DNA of 64,000 bases from assembly GCA_965218435.1 (NCBI GenBank), contig CBDCKW010000009.1:2944001-3008000 (forward strand). Reading direction: 5' to 3'. Origin of the DNA: Truepera sp. Its GTDB lineage: Bacteria; Deinococcota; Deinococci; Deinococcales; Trueperaceae. Position 1 is the first letter of the stretch; every line of letters starts with the position of its first letter. The position numbers and the translations under genes were made by a program. Below are positions 32,258 to 43,161 of the stretch, in pieces. The notes beneath the pieces were generated by a model. The model saw only the letters and a program-made list of their open reading frames with translations, was not told where the DNA came from and did no database searches.

Positions 32258-32920
32258 ATGGTTAAACCTGTACTCTTATCTGATTCGGTAGGCAACTACC
32301 TCAAAGCGATCTGGGTGCTTGCCGAAGATAAGAGTATCAGCACGAAAGAACTCGCCGAGCACTTGGGCGTCACTGCACCGTCGGTTACAGGCATGTTGGG
32401 CAAGTTAGCAAAACTCGGCCTCGTGACTTATGAGCGGTATTACGGCGCGAAACTGACGCAAGCGGGGCGGTTAGAGGCGCTCCGTTTGTTGCGTCGTCAC
32501 CGGCTAATCGAGACGTTTTTGCTTGACTACCTCGACTACAGCTGGGACGAAGTACACGATGAAGCCGAACTGATGGAACACACCATGACGGAACGCTTTA
32601 CCGAGCGGCTCGCGGAAAAGTTGGCGCAGCCTGCCTTTGACCCGCACGGTGACCCGATTCCGGCGGCGGACGGGACGCTGCCGGAGCGTGTCGGCGAACC
32701 CTTAAGCAGCCTTAATGTTGGCGAAAAACTACGTGTCAACCGTATTTTAAGCCAGGAGAGCGAAGTGCTGAGCTACCTTTTTAACCTCGGCGTCAAACCC
32801 GGCGTGGTGCTTACTGTTAAAGGCGTCGAACCCTTTGGCAAGTTGTTTCATATCGCCGGTCAGAACGGCGAGTTCGCGCTCTCGGCGGACCTAGCCGGGC
32901 AGATCGAAGGCGAAAAGTGA
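32258..32920 (+). CDS. mntR: DtxR/MntR-family metal-dependent regulator with FeoA domain
   Basis: YLKAIW, RRHRLIETFL, VHDEAELMEH, DPHGDPIP; divergent from mntH. Confidence 0.88.
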   Translation: MVKPVLLSDSVGNYLKAIWVLAEDKSISTKELAEHLGVTAPSVTGMLGKLAKLGLVTYERYYGAKLTQAGRLEALRLLRRHRLIETFLLDYLDYSWDEVHDEAELMEHTMTERFTERLAEKLAQPAFDPHGDPIPAADGTLPERVGEPLSSLNVGEKLRVNRILSQESEVLSYLFNLGVKPGVVLTVKGVEPFGKLFHIAGQNGEFALSADLAGQIEGEK

Positions 32921-33121
32921 CGGGCAAAATACTTCGGCTGTGAACTTACAAGTTCCTCAACCGTTTGCCAGATAAGGTTGCGTACAATATTTTTAGGTAA
33001 AGCAAATATCGAACAACAGCCGAGTCAACCTCCGTGACTCGGCTTACAACAGCTACGTTCTCGGTTACACGAACACCTCTGTTTCCGGCTCAAGCCGACC
33101 CGCCCAACTCGGCAAAAGTCT

Positions 33122-34351
33122 CTAAAACGCCCACTCGCCCGCCCGCATCACCGGCTCTTCAGAATCGTCATCACAAACTCCGGCAATCTCCATCTCCGCG
33201 GAGCCGATCATAAAGTCTACGTGCGTCAGCGAATCGTTGAGGCCGACGGCTTCGGCTTCATCGTCGCTCATGGTCGTGCCGCCTTCAGCACAGAAACGGT
33301 AAGCGCGGCCCAGCGCGAGGTGTGAGGCAGCGTTTTCATCGAACAAGGTGTTGTAAAAGAGCAGGCCGCTCTGCGAGATGGGGCTCGAGTGCGGTACCAG
33401 CGCCACTTCACCCAGGCGGGTCGCGCCTTCGTCGGTGGCTAGCAGGCGCTCCAAAGCGTCCTGACCCTGCGCTGCCTTCACGTCGGTGACGCGCCCTTCT
33501 TTGAAGGTCAGAGAAAAATCGTCAATCAGTTGCCCACTGTATGAAAGCGGTTTGCTGCTGTGAACCGTACCCTCGACGCGGGCGCGGTGCGGCGCGGTAA
33601 AGACCTCTTCAGTCGGCAAGTTGGCGACAAAGGTCGTCCCGGCGTCATTTTCCGACCCGCCCCCGCGCCAGATATGACCGTCAGCCAGACCCAGCAAGAG
33701 GTCGGTACCGGGGGCGCGGTAGTGCAGCGCCCGGTAGCGGCGTTCGTTGAGGTGCGTGCGGCGGGACTCGAGTTCACCCAGATGCGCCTGCCAGTTGGCC
33801 ACCGCGTCGTCGCTGTCCGCTCGAACCGCCTTGAAGATTGCGTCCCAAAGTTTGCCGACGCGCTCATCCGCAGGCGCGTCGGGAAATACCTTCTCCGCCC
33901 ACGCCGGGGTTGCGACCGCGACCACACACCAGTTGATCTCGTCGTTCATGACCTTATTCATAAACGGTTTGAGCGCCGTTTGCGCCGCCTTTTGCACCGC
34001 GGCAATGGCGTCACCGGGTTGCCCTTTGAGCAGGTCGGGATCGCCGCCGGTCACCGACAACCTCGCGCCGTTGTCATTAACCATCTCGAGCATCCCCTCT
34101 GCGAGCCACGCCGGGTAAAAGTCGAACGAATCTTCCGGCGCGTACTGAAACCGTGCGAGCGTCAAAGCGTCGTCGTTATAAAACGGATGGACATAGCGCA
34201 CACCGCGTTTGTAGGCGGCTTCGCTTACCTTAGCGAGCAGCGGCGACGCTTCGATGGGCGCAGCGATCATGAGCTGTTGACCGGCTTGTACGTTGAGACC
34301 GACTTCAGCAATCAGGGCGGCGTAACTGATAAGTTTATCGTCAAAATTCAT
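33122..34351 (-). CDS. M29 aminopeptidase (AmpS/aminopeptidase T)
   Basis: ANLPTEEVFTAP, LGEVALV, YNTLFDENAASHLALG, THVDFMIG. Confidence 0.93.
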   Translation of the reverse strand: MNFDDKLISYAALIAEVGLNVQAGQQLMIAAPIEASPLLAKVSEAAYKRGVRYVHPFYNDDALTLARFQYAPEDSFDFYPAWLAEGMLEMVNDNGARLSVTGGDPDLLKGQPGDAIAAVQKAAQTALKPFMNKVMNDEINWCVVAVATPAWAEKVFPDAPADERVGKLWDAIFKAVRADSDDAVANWQAHLGELESRRTHLNERRYRALHYRAPGTDLLLGLADGHIWRGGGSENDAGTTFVANLPTEEVFTAPHRARVEGTVHSSKPLSYSGQLIDDFSLTFKEGRVTDVKAAQGQDALERLLATDEGATRLGEVALVPHSSPISQSGLLFYNTLFDENAASHLALGRAYRFCAEGGTTMSDDEAEAVGLNDSLTHVDFMIGSAEMEIAGVCDDDSEEPVMRAGEWAF

Positions 34352-34688
34352 AGGTTTAATCGTCAGTAGGTTTAGCTTAACGCCTGTGGCTTGGTAAACT
34401 TCGTGTGCTAATGCAGAGAATACAGCCTAGAGAAGCACCTATTCTCCCTGCTGTTTTCTGTATTCCGTCTCTACTCGAGCAGTAAAAATGTTGAGTGACC
34501 CTTGACTAAACGCTTAAACGTGAGAAACTTGATTACGTCAGCCGCCGCGCCGCGTTATAACAGGGAGTCTTGACCCGCTGCCTCTGCACCTCAGCCGCTC
34601 TCAGCACGCCGCCGCACAGCTGCGCACGGCTTAAACTGAGCTGTGGGTGGACACTGGCTGGCACGTCAGCGCCGCCCCAGGGAGGGAT

Positions 34689-35363
34689 ATGATCTTTCAA
34701 TTTTTGGGCCAATCGGGGTTTTTTGTCCAGACAGGTGAGCACGAACTGCTCATCGACCCTTTTCTAACGGGGAACGACAAAGCAGTTAGTAAACCCGAAG
34801 ACTTCTCACCGTCTTATATCATCTTGACGCACGCCCACGGCGACCACTACGGCGATACTGAAGCTATTGCCAAGCGGAGCGGCGCGACGGTCGTAAGCAG
34901 CTTTGAAGTCGTCACCTACTTGGGTAAAAAAGATATCAAAGGGCAACCGCTGAATATCGGCGGTCAGGTGACGCTGCCTTTTGGTTCGGTCAAGCAGACC
35001 CCGGCGTGGCACTCGAACTCACTGCCTGACGGCACCTATGCGGGGATGCCTGCGGGTATCATCTTGGGGTTAGAAGGTAAACGTATCTATCACGCCGGGG
35101 ATACCGGGTTATTTAGCGATATGAAGCTGATAGGGCAGGGCGGCCTAGACCTCGCCATCTTACCGATTGGCGACCTTTTAACGATGGGGCCGAGTGACGC
35201 TTTAGAGGCTGTGAAACTCTTAAACCCCAAACAGGTCATCCCTGTTCACTACGACACGTTCCCAATGATTGAGCAAGACGCGAACGCGTTTAAGTCGGTA
35301 GTCGAAAGCGAAACCGACGCCGAAGTCGTCGTCTTAAAACCAGGCGAAAGGCTGACCCTTTAA
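34689..35363 (+). CDS. Metallo-beta-lactamase-fold metal-dependent hydrolase
   Basis: LLIDPF, THAHGDHYGD, YHAGDT, IPVHY; GGAGG before ATG 34689. Confidence 0.9.
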   Translation: MIFQFLGQSGFFVQTGEHELLIDPFLTGNDKAVSKPEDFSPSYIILTHAHGDHYGDTEAIAKRSGATVVSSFEVVTYLGKKDIKGQPLNIGGQVTLPFGSVKQTPAWHSNSLPDGTYAGMPAGIILGLEGKRIYHAGDTGLFSDMKLIGQGGLDLAILPIGDLLTMGPSDALEAVKLLNPKQVIPVHYDTFPMIEQDANAFKSVVESETDAEVVVLKPGERLTL

Positions 35364-35366
35364 CCC

Positions 35367-36311
35367 TTGCGCCAGCCTGCTTTTGTCCCCGACGGGTATA
35401 CCCTCTTGCACCTGCTCGGTTCAGGTAACACCGCGCACGTGTACGAGGCGCGGCACGCCGAACACGGCACCGTGGCGCTGAAACTGCCTAAAAGCGAGCT
35501 GCAACACGACCCGGTGCTCCGGCGGATGTTTGAAAACGAGGTGCAGCTGACGACGCCGCTCAAACATCCGCGGGTGATCAACGCTTACGGCGGTTACCCG
35601 ACCGGCGAATGGGCGTTTTTGGCGTTGGAGTTTTGTGAAGGCACTCTAGACGCCGAATTGGGATTGCGTTTGCCGCTGGCTTTGGCGTACCGGCTGGTGC
35701 TCGAGGTCGCCCAAGGGCTCTCACACAGCCATCAGCGGCAAATCCTGCACCGTGACGTCAAACCCGCCAACGTCTTCCTGCAGGGCGGTCACGCCAAACT
35801 CGGCGACTTTGGCACGGGCGCGTATATCAGTGACGTGTTCGGCGCACCCCCGAATACCGAAAAGGTCGGGACGGCCTTTTACATGGCCCCGGAAATTTTT
35901 CAGGGCAAAAGCGCCACGGTGCGGAGCGACGTGTACAGCTTAGGCATCTTGGCCTATGAGGTCATTTCAGGTGTGCGCCCCTTTACCGGCGAACACGAAG
36001 GCGAACTGATGCTCGCGCATTCGTCGGGCGTCCCGGTCTCTTTACGGCAACTGCGGGCCGAGGTAAGCCCTGAAGTCAACCGGGTTATCGTCAGTGCGAT
36101 GTCTCGTACCCCGGAAAAACGCTTTGACAGCGCCGAAGCGTTTGTCACCGCGTTCGCTGAGGTGACCGGTCAACCGGCCAGCGACGCCATCACCGAACTA
36201 CAACTCGGGCGGGCGGGCCGTACCAACGGCACCGCACTTAAAAGCAAACGTGAACCGCAACCAAGCGAAAAGTCCGGGCGGTTCGGTTGGTTTGGGCGGA
36301 GGCGCAGTTGA
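35367..36311 (+). CDS. Ser/Thr protein kinase (Hanks type, soluble)
   Basis: LGSG, VALK, HRDVKPAN, DFG, YMAPE, DVYSLG. Confidence 0.92.
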   Translation: MRQPAFVPDGYTLLHLLGSGNTAHVYEARHAEHGTVALKLPKSELQHDPVLRRMFENEVQLTTPLKHPRVINAYGGYPTGEWAFLALEFCEGTLDAELGLRLPLALAYRLVLEVAQGLSHSHQRQILHRDVKPANVFLQGGHAKLGDFGTGAYISDVFGAPPNTEKVGTAFYMAPEIFQGKSATVRSDVYSLGILAYEVISGVRPFTGEHEGELMLAHSSGVPVSLRQLRAEVSPEVNRVIVSAMSRTPEKRFDSAEAFVTAFAEVTGQPASDAITELQLGRAGRTNGTALKSKREPQPSEKSGRFGWFGRRRS

Positions 36312-36556
36312 GCGGCGTCCGGGGGTAGGGCCTCGAACAAAGCGCGTAGCGCCCTATTGACCGGTCCATACGAGTCTAGAACGGGCTGTTGAGCCCTCTG
36401 GAAAGTAGCGGTCATGTCCCCCTAGATTACTGTCTAGGACGATCTTTAAGGCGATCTACCGGGTCATGCTCAGGCAGACAAACATCTTCTTGTCTAGCTT
36501 ATACAACAAAGCACGTTCCAGATAAGGTTACTAAAAAATTGCCGTGTACTTAGCTC

Positions 36557-36847
36557 TTTGCCACCAACTATCCCGACAAAAAAGCCTGTCTCAAAGCTCA
36601 TCGTTACCGCAGGTAGACCGAAGAAATGTTCGGCGACTTTAGGGGTCACGGCGCTGACTTAGCGCAAACCCGCCTTCGTTCTACCGACAAGCTTCACCGG
36701 CTCACGCTGGCGGTTTGTTTGCTCTATCTCTGGTTCGTTGCCTTTGGCTCCCGGGTTATCAAGTGGGGGCTGCGCAAGCTGGTCGACTGTAGGTCCAGAA
36801 GAGACCTCAGTAGCTTTCGCATCGGCTTCGACTTCTTATCAAAATAA
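36557..36847 (+). mobile_element. Degenerate IS4-family transposase remnant
   Basis: FATNYPDKKACLKAHRYRR*TEEMFGDFRGHG..TRLR..RL.LA, a decayed YREK region with an in-frame stop at 36614. Confidence 0.7.
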
Positions 36848-36917
36848 CAGTCGGAGTTGCTTAGAGAGATACCAATACAAGACACTCCTGTCCGTCAGTT
36901 CGGGCTAAAATAACCCT

Positions 36918-37661
36918 GTGGGACAGCGTTACGCCGTGCAAGAAGGGATTATCTTGCGCCGCTCGGAGTTGCCGAGTGGCGATATTATCGTGACACTCTT
37001 AAGCGAAGAGAGCAAGTGGCGCGCGGTAGCCCGTAAAGGCAAGCTCGTCGGCGGCAACTTGGGCAAACTGAGCCTCTTTCATGACGTGACGGTGCAGCAC
37101 TACACCCGCCCCGGTGACCAAAGCGACTTGGCGCTTATTACGCAAGTCCAGCTTAACGGCGCACTGCCTCGGCTCAGCGACCCCGATATCTACCCGTACG
37201 CACATGTCCTCGCTGAACTGACCAACAAACTTGCAGTAGACGTGCATCTCGACGGCGGCTTTTACCGCTATTTTACCGGAGCCTTGCGCGGCGTGTCGCA
37301 ACAAACCGATCCCGAACGCGTCGCGCTGGTCATGAGCTGGCGGCTGTTGGCGCAAGGGGGACTTTCGCCGAGAGTGACGCGCTGCGCTCGTTGCGGCGAG
37401 CGCGACTTAGAGGGAGCAACCACCTTTGACGTGGCCGCCGGTGGTCTCAGCTGCGCGGCCTGTAACAGCGGCTTTCGGCTTTTGTCCTCAGTCCAAGGCG
37501 AGTTGACGGCGCTGCACCGTCTCAGCGTAGCCGAAGCCCTTACCTTACCCTTTTCTGAGCGCCGCGCACACTGGACGCTGTTGTCACGGTACTTGGGCTA
37601 CCACGTCGGTGAGGTGCAGAGTTTGCTCTATCTGCCCAGAACAGCGGAAGCCGCCGTCTAA
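36918..37661 (+). CDS. recO: DNA repair protein RecO
   Basis: EGIILRR..GDIIVTL, AVARKG OB-fold start; CARCG and CAAC zinc motif. Confidence 0.85.
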   Translation: MGQRYAVQEGIILRRSELPSGDIIVTLLSEESKWRAVARKGKLVGGNLGKLSLFHDVTVQHYTRPGDQSDLALITQVQLNGALPRLSDPDIYPYAHVLAELTNKLAVDVHLDGGFYRYFTGALRGVSQQTDPERVALVMSWRLLAQGGLSPRVTRCARCGERDLEGATTFDVAAGGLSCAACNSGFRLLSSVQGELTALHRLSVAEALTLPFSERRAHWTLLSRYLGYHVGEVQSLLYLPRTAEAAV

Positions 37662-37714
37662 GCGAGCTACTGTTTGGACAAGATGTATAAACTGAGCTTT
37701 ATGGACGAAACCGT

Positions 37715-38326
37715 GTGAATGGGTTTTGGGTTTTAAGTCTTCTGGCAGGATATTTACTCGGTAGTCTGCCGAGCGCGGCGCTGGTGGCGCGGCTTAAACG
37801 GCAAAATATCTTCGAGGTGGGCTCGAGCAGTATGGGCGCGATGAATACCGCCCGAAACCTCGGGTGGGCGCTCGGGGCACTTGTTTTGCTCCTCGACTTA
37901 GGAAAAGGCGCGTTGGCAAGTTTTATCGGCCTTTGGCTCGGTGCGCTCGGCGGTGACCCGCTCGTGACGCCGCTCGCCGCCGGAGTCGGCGCGATTGTCG
38001 GACACCTCTGGTCGGTCTGGGTCGGGTTTCGTGGAGGTAAAGGACTCGCCACGACGCTTGGTGTCGCGCTGCCGGTCTATCCACTCGGCGGACTTTACGG
38101 TCTTGCCGCGCTACTTTTATTGATCGTCATCTTCCGCCGCGTGACCTTGGCAACATTTTTAACGGCGCTCGTCTACCCGGTCGGAGTTTACCTCTCGCTG
38201 GCTGCGTCTGCGCCGCCGACACGGGTCATGGCGACGACGTTAGCGGCGTGTCTGATCGCGTTCCTCGTCGCGCTTAAACATGTGTTGCCCAGCCGCCCAG
38301 TCACGGGGCCGCTCCGCCAGCCCTAA
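37715..38326 (+). CDS. plsY: Glycerol-3-phosphate acyltransferase
   Basis: [37 protein letters not shown]. Confidence 0.88.
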   Translation: MNGFWVLSLLAGYLLGSLPSAALVARLKRQNIFEVGSSSMGAMNTARNLGWALGALVLLLDLGKGALASFIGLWLGALGGDPLVTPLAAGVGAIVGHLWSVWVGFRGGKGLATTLGVALPVYPLGGLYGLAALLLLIVIFRRVTLATFLTALVYPVGVYLSLAASAPPTRVMATTLAACLIAFLVALKHVLPSRPVTGPLRQP

Positions 38327-39415
38327 ACGCCACGCCACCGCCTGCGCGACGCGCACCCCGGCTAAACCGTCCCCGTACGGGTTCGGACCGCCTTTCATCG
38401 CAGCTCTCGCAGCCGGGTCAGCCAGCAGCGGGCGTAAAACAGCCGCGACACGTTCAGGCGTATTGCCGGCCAACTTGAGCACCCCCGCCGCCACCCCTTC
38501 GGGCCGCTCGGTGACGTTTCTTAAGACGACGACCGGCACACTGAGCGCCGCGCCTTCTTCTTGTAAGCCGCCCGAATCGGTGACGATCAGTTCAGAGGCG
38601 CTCATCAGGGCGATCATCTGGGCGTACTCGAGCGGCTCAGTCAACCTCACATTGGGTACGCGGGCCAGCGGTTCCCAAACGGCCTCTCGGACTGCCGGAT
38701 TGAGGTGAACCGGATAGACGAAGGTGTAGGTGGGAAACTCGGCGGCCAGCTCTGCGAACAGCTCGGCAAGCGGGCGGAGAAAGGGCAAGTTCTCGCGGCG
38801 GTGCATAGTCAGAGTGACAATAGGGCCACGCGGCGAACCGGACCAGTGAGCGTTTTTTGCCACCAACTGCACGGCGTCTACCGCCGTATTACCGGTCACA
38901 ACCACCGTCTCCGCACGTTTACCTTCGCGGAGCAAGTTGGCTTTAGCAAGAGGCGTAGGGGGTAGCTCGAGGTCGGTCAGGACGTCCGTCAAGCGGCGGT
39001 TGGCCTCTTCGGGAAAAGGTTCTTTGAGGTTGTGTGACCGGAGGCCCGCTTCGACGTGCGCAACTGGAATCCCTTCAAAATAGGCAGCCAAAGCCACCGC
39101 AAAAGTTGACAAGGTGTCGCCGTGAACCAACACATAGTCAGCCTGCAGGGTTTTGAGGGCCGCCGCTGCCGCCGGCACAGTGCGAGCGAGCAGGTCGGGG
39201 AGCGTCTGCCGCACCTGCATCACGCCCAGGTCGAAGTCGGGGACAAGCTTAAAGAGCTCTAAAACACTGTCGAGCTGTTCGCGGTGTTGGCCGGTAACGA
39301 GTAACAGGGGCTCGAGGCCCGCTTGCTTACGCAGCGCATAGATGACCGGGGCCATTTTGGTCGCTTCGGGGCGGGTGCCGAAGGCGGCACAGACCCTTGC
39401 AGGTACTCTACTCAC
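38240..39415 (-). CDS. wecB: UDP-GlcNAc 2-epimerase (non-hydrolysing)
   Basis: [38 protein letters not shown]. Confidence 0.94.
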   Translation of the reverse strand: MSRVPARVCAAFGTRPEATKMAPVIYALRKQAGLEPLLLVTGQHREQLDSVLELFKLVPDFDLGVMQVRQTLPDLLARTVPAAAAALKTLQADYVLVHGDTLSTFAVALAAYFEGIPVAHVEAGLRSHNLKEPFPEEANRRLTDVLTDLELPPTPLAKANLLREGKRAETVVVTGNTAVDAVQLVAKNAHWSGSPRGPIVTLTMHRRENLPFLRPLAELFAELAAEFPTYTFVYPVHLNPAVREAVWEPLARVPNVRLTEPLEYAQMIALMSASELIVTDSGGLQEEGAALSVPVVVLRNVTERPEGVAAGVLKLAGNTPERVAAVLRPLLADPAARAAMKGGPNPYGDGLAGVRVAQAVAWRLGLAERPRDWAAGQHMFKRDEERDQTRR

Positions 39416-39418
39416 GCG

Positions 39419-40507
39419 TCACGTGCGGCGCGCCGCCTGACGCGTCACCTCACGCACCCGCAAAAAGCTCACACCACCGACCAAGACGACGGTCGCCGTT
39501 ACGGTCAGGTAGATGAGTTCGGGCGGCGTTTGCGAGAGCGTCAGGCCGCACGCGCTAAAGATCAGCGCCGCGCCCCACAACACGAGCACCGTCAGCGGTT
39601 TCGACCCGCTCCGCACCCGGATCAGGTCGTGCAGGTGGTCGTTGGCCGCCGCCGCCGGGTTTTGACGGCGCGACAACCGGCGGAGCGTCACCTGCGTCAG
39701 GTTTACAACCGGTACTGCCAAAATCAGAATCGGCGCGGCGACCGTGACCGCTGCCGTCACTTTCAGCGCCCCCAACACGCTGACCGCAGCCAGCACGTAC
39801 CCGAGCAGATACGCGCCCGAGTCGCCCATGATGACCTTGGCGGGGTTGTAGTTATGCCGTAAGAACCCCAGCGCGGCCCCGGCTAGCGCGGCGAGCAGCA
39901 GCACCGCTGCGCCGCGTTCAGGTAGCTGCACTGCGGCGGCTAAGAGGGCGAGGCTCGAGATCGCCGCCAGACCCGACGACAAGCCGTCGAGCCCGTCAAT
40001 AAAGTTAAACGCGTTGGTAAACCCGACGATCCACAGCAGCGTCAAGCCAGCGGCGAGCACCGGGCCAAAAAATTGATACGGTGACGCGCCGAAATAGTTG
40101 GTGATAAAGTCTACCCGAACCCCGTTTACGACCACGATACCGGCGGCCACGAACTGACACGCGAGCCGCGTCAGCGCCGGAACTTCCCAGAGGTCGTCGA
40201 AAAGTCCGACGAGCGTCATCAGCGCGCCGCCGAGCACAATCGCCAAGAGTTCTTCGCGGTACGCCGCCAGCAGGTCGGGGCGGAGTAACCCGCCAATCAG
40301 TAGCGCACCCATAAACCCGCCGAAAATAGCAACGCCGCCGATGTTGGGGACCGCGCCCTCGTGAACCCGTCGCCCGCCGCCCTGCTGCAACGCGCCGATA
40401 CGCCGCGCAAATCCCTCGACACGCGGCGTTAAGGCGGCGACCAACACGAGCGCCACGGTAAAGGTCGGCAGGGCGAGCGGCAGGTAAAAAAGCAGTTGGT
40501 CGCGCAC
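39419..40507 (-). CDS. MraY/WecA-family polyprenyl-phosphate GlcNAc-1-P transferase
   Basis: GLFDD, NAFNFIDGLDGL, PAKVIMGDSG, DHLH. Confidence 0.9.
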   Translation of the reverse strand: MRDQLLFYLPLALPTFTVALVLVAALTPRVEGFARRIGALQQGGGRRVHEGAVPNIGGVAIFGGFMGALLIGGLLRPDLLAAYREELLAIVLGGALMTLVGLFDDLWEVPALTRLACQFVAAGIVVVNGVRVDFITNYFGASPYQFFGPVLAAGLTLLWIVGFTNAFNFIDGLDGLSSGLAAISSLALLAAAVQLPERGAAVLLLAALAGAALGFLRHNYNPAKVIMGDSGAYLLGYVLAAVSVLGALKVTAAVTVAAPILILAVPVVNLTQVTLRRLSRRQNPAAAANDHLHDLIRVRSGSKPLTVLVLWGAALIFSACGLTLSQTPPELIYLTVTATVVLVGGVSFLRVREVTRQAARRT

Positions 40508-40583
40508 CCGTCTAGTTTACTCGGTTAGTAGTGTGTGTAAAGTAGGGACGCACGTCATTATCACGATTATCGTTGTGACTAGC

Positions 40584-41234
40584 TTAGCGCGTCCCGTAAA
40601 TACGATCGCCCGCATCACCGAGACCCGGCACGATGTAGCCGTGGTCGTTGAGGCGTTCGTCTTGTGCTGCCAAGATAATTTCAACGTCCGGGTGCGCACC
40701 CTGAATTGCCGCAACGCCTTCAGGCGCACCCAAGATGCACAAAAGCCGAATCCGCGCCGCACCTAAGTTTTTAAGAATGGTGATCGCAGCAGCGGCGCTC
40801 CCGCCGGTCGCCAGCATCGGATCGAGCAAAAAGACGTCACGGTCGGCGATGTCTGAGGGGAGTTTGTTGTAGTACTCGACGGGTTCTAAGGTTTCCGGGT
40901 CGCGGTAGAGTCCGATATGGCCGACTCTCGCAGTCGGTACGAGCGTCAAAATCCCGTCTACCATCACCAGACCGGCCCGCAAAATCGCGACCAAGGCCAG
41001 CTTTTTACCACTTAAACGTTCCGTTTTTGCCTCTGCTACCGGGGTTTGAATCGTCACAGACTCCACGGTCAGGTCGCGCATCGCTTCAAAAGCCATCAGC
41101 ATACTGAGTTCTTGGCACAGCTCCCGAAAGTCGCGCACATCGGTCGTGCGGTCGCGTAACAGCGACAGTTTGTGCTGCACCAAGGGGTGGTCAATCACGG
41201 TTACAGACGTGCGAGGGGCGCTACGGGCAGACAT
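40584..41234 (-). CDS. upp: Uracil phosphoribosyltransferase
   Basis: [38 protein letters not shown]. Confidence 0.97.
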   Translation of the reverse strand: MSARSAPRTSVTVIDHPLVQHKLSLLRDRTTDVRDFRELCQELSMLMAFEAMRDLTVESVTIQTPVAEAKTERLSGKKLALVAILRAGLVMVDGILTLVPTARVGHIGLYRDPETLEPVEYYNKLPSDIADRDVFLLDPMLATGGSAAAAITILKNLGAARIRLLCILGAPEGVAAIQGAHPDVEIILAAQDERLNDHGYIVPGLGDAGDRIYGTR

Positions 41235-41472
41235 GCCTCAGGGTAGCACGTCTAACTTTTCCTTACAGGTTTAGAGTGCTGCACCGAGGAGAGACAGGGT
41301 AAATACAAATTGTTCAGGCGTCACAGACAACGCTCGGTCCGGCGGTACAACGTTGATGGAGAGCTCGAGCGGCTTTCGTGATAACGTCTAGTTTGCTGGC
41401 ATGTCTTTGTCCTAAAGCTGAGCCCATTTCCTGAGCTGTTCTAAGCTGACCGGTCCATACTTTGGGGGAACC

Positions 41473-43161
41473 ATCATCAACCATACGACGAAACGACTTC
41501 TGCTCGGTTTGCTCTTGTTTCTCAGTGCTTGCGGGACTCGGCAGGGTGAGCTGTCAGTAACACTAACCGCAGATAAGCTCAGCGGCCCCGCGCCGCTGGG
41601 GGTTACCTTTACTGCCACGCCTGCTGGGGTCACCCAAAGCAATATCACCTACAGCTGGGATTTTGGTACGGGTGAAACGGTGGAGGGCGGCTCGAGCCAA
41701 ACCCACATTTTTGAGCAGGCCGGGACTTTTTTGGTCAAGGTCACTGCAAGTCAGAACAAGCAAACGGCGCAGGCGAGCGTCCGTATGGACGTCTCCGCGC
41801 CCCCGGTCACCCCCGACCCTACCAACGTGCCTCCGACCGTAACGCTAAGTGCGCCCAAAACGACCGGTAAAGCTCCGCTCGAGGTCGCCTTTAGCGCCGC
41901 TGCAACCGACCCGAACGGGGACACGCTCGCCTACAGTTGGGACTTTGGTGACGGCAAAACCGTTACGGGCGGCGCGGCGCAGACTCACACCTTTGCCGGA
42001 GCCGGTACCTACACCGCCGTGGTCACCGTGGCTGACGGGCGTGGCGGCGTCGCGCAGGCTAAAACGCAGATAACCGTCACCGAGCCTGACCCGCAACTTC
42101 CGCCGACCGACCCGACCGACCCTCCAAAACCGCCCCGGCCGCCCGAGAACAAAGTGCCCGAAGTGTCGCTCAGCGCAAAACCGGCTGAGGGCAGCGCGCC
42201 ACTTACCGTTTCGCTTAGGGCCGACGCCCGCGATCCCGAAGGGGAGCCGCTCACGTACACGTGGGACTTCGGCAACGGCGAAAAGGCGAAAGGGAACTCG
42301 AGCCGTACGCTCAGCTATACGAAGCCGGGCAGCTACACCGCTTTAGTAACCGTCAGCGACGGCCTCGCTGAAATCTCGGCCAAAACGCAAATCCGGGTTG
42401 ACGCGCCCGCGCCGACACCGCCCGGTAACCGCCCGCCCGAAAACGTCAGCGTGGCCGCCGACCCTCCCACCGGGACAACGCCCCTAGACGTCGAGTTCAG
42501 CGCCTCGGCCGACGACCCTGATGACGACACCCTCGTCTATCTGTGGGACTTCGGCGACGGCGTAATCTCGAACGAGAATCCGGCGCGGCACCTCTATCAA
42601 AAGGCAGGGACGTACAGCGCGTCGGTGACCGTCGGCGACCGTAAAGGGGGTAAAGCTTACGAAGAGGTCACGGTAGTTGTCACCGGCGGCGGTGCCGACA
42701 CACCCGACGTGCCGTTTTACGGCGAGTGGGCGTGGACAGCCAAGTCGGACAAAAAAACCTTGACCGGTTACCTGAGCATCTCAAAAAGCGTGTCAAAAGC
42801 GGATTCCGGCCTCGAGGAGTTTTTTGTTCGTGGCGGGCAGGGCGCGTGGACCTACTGTCAGGGCGGCCTGGACGCGTGTGGCGCACCGACCGGCGTGGGC
42901 CGCATCGATGTCCTTAACTACGGCGACGGTGACACGTTTGACATCGTGTTTACCGACGCCGAAACCGGCACTGACACACTGGTCGCCTTTGATACCGACG
43001 ACCGCATCGGTAGCCGAGACGGGGCACCGCTCTTTGAGGGTGAGGCGACGTGGTATGAGGACGACGGCAGCAGCGACGACCTGAGTTTTACGATGGTCAA
43101 GGTCGCTGACGAGCCGCAGACGGCGCTAGACGCGGCGCTGGCGACCCTTACTATACCGTAA
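41473..43161 (+). CDS. Lipoprotein with four PKD domains and Pro-rich linkers (start uncertain: ATC 41473/41476 or TTG 41509)
   Basis: Four YxWDFG repeats; lipobox LSAC preceded by KRLLLGLLLF. Confidence 0.85.
   Translation: MINHTTKRLLLGLLLFLSACGTRQGELSVTLTADKLSGPAPLGVTFTATPAGVTQSNITYSWDFGTGETVEGGSSQTHIFEQAGTFLVKVTASQNKQTAQASVRMDVSAPPVTPDPTNVPPTVTLSAPKTTGKAPLEVAFSAAATDPNGDTLAYSWDFGDGKTVTGGAAQTHTFAGAGTYTAVVTVADGRGGVAQAKTQITVTEPDPQLPPTDPTDPPKPPRPPENKVPEVSLSAKPAEGSAPLTVSLRADARDPEGEPLTYTWDFGNGEKAKGNSSRTLSYTKPGSYTALVTVSDGLAEISAKTQIRVDAPAPTPPGNRPPENVSVAADPPTGTTPLDVEFSASADDPDDDTLVYLWDFGDGVISNENPARHLYQKAGTYSASVTVGDRKGGKAYEEVTVVVTGGGADTPDVPFYGEWAWTAKSDKKTLTGYLSISKSVSKADSGLEEFFVRGGQGAWTYCQGGLDACGAPTGVGRIDVLNYGDGDTFDIVFTDAETGTDTLVAFDTDDRIGSRDGAPLFEGEATWYEDDGSSDDLSFTMVKVADEPQTALDAALATLTIP

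Noticed and set aside
33560..34369. 269-aa plus-strand ORF and other long antisense ORFs
   Set aside because: Shadow frames of well-supported GC-rich genes
36170..36415. 81-aa minus-strand ORF with a GGGG SD
   Set aside because: It runs antisense into the kinase gene and has no recognisable motif; at most a fragment next to the IS relic
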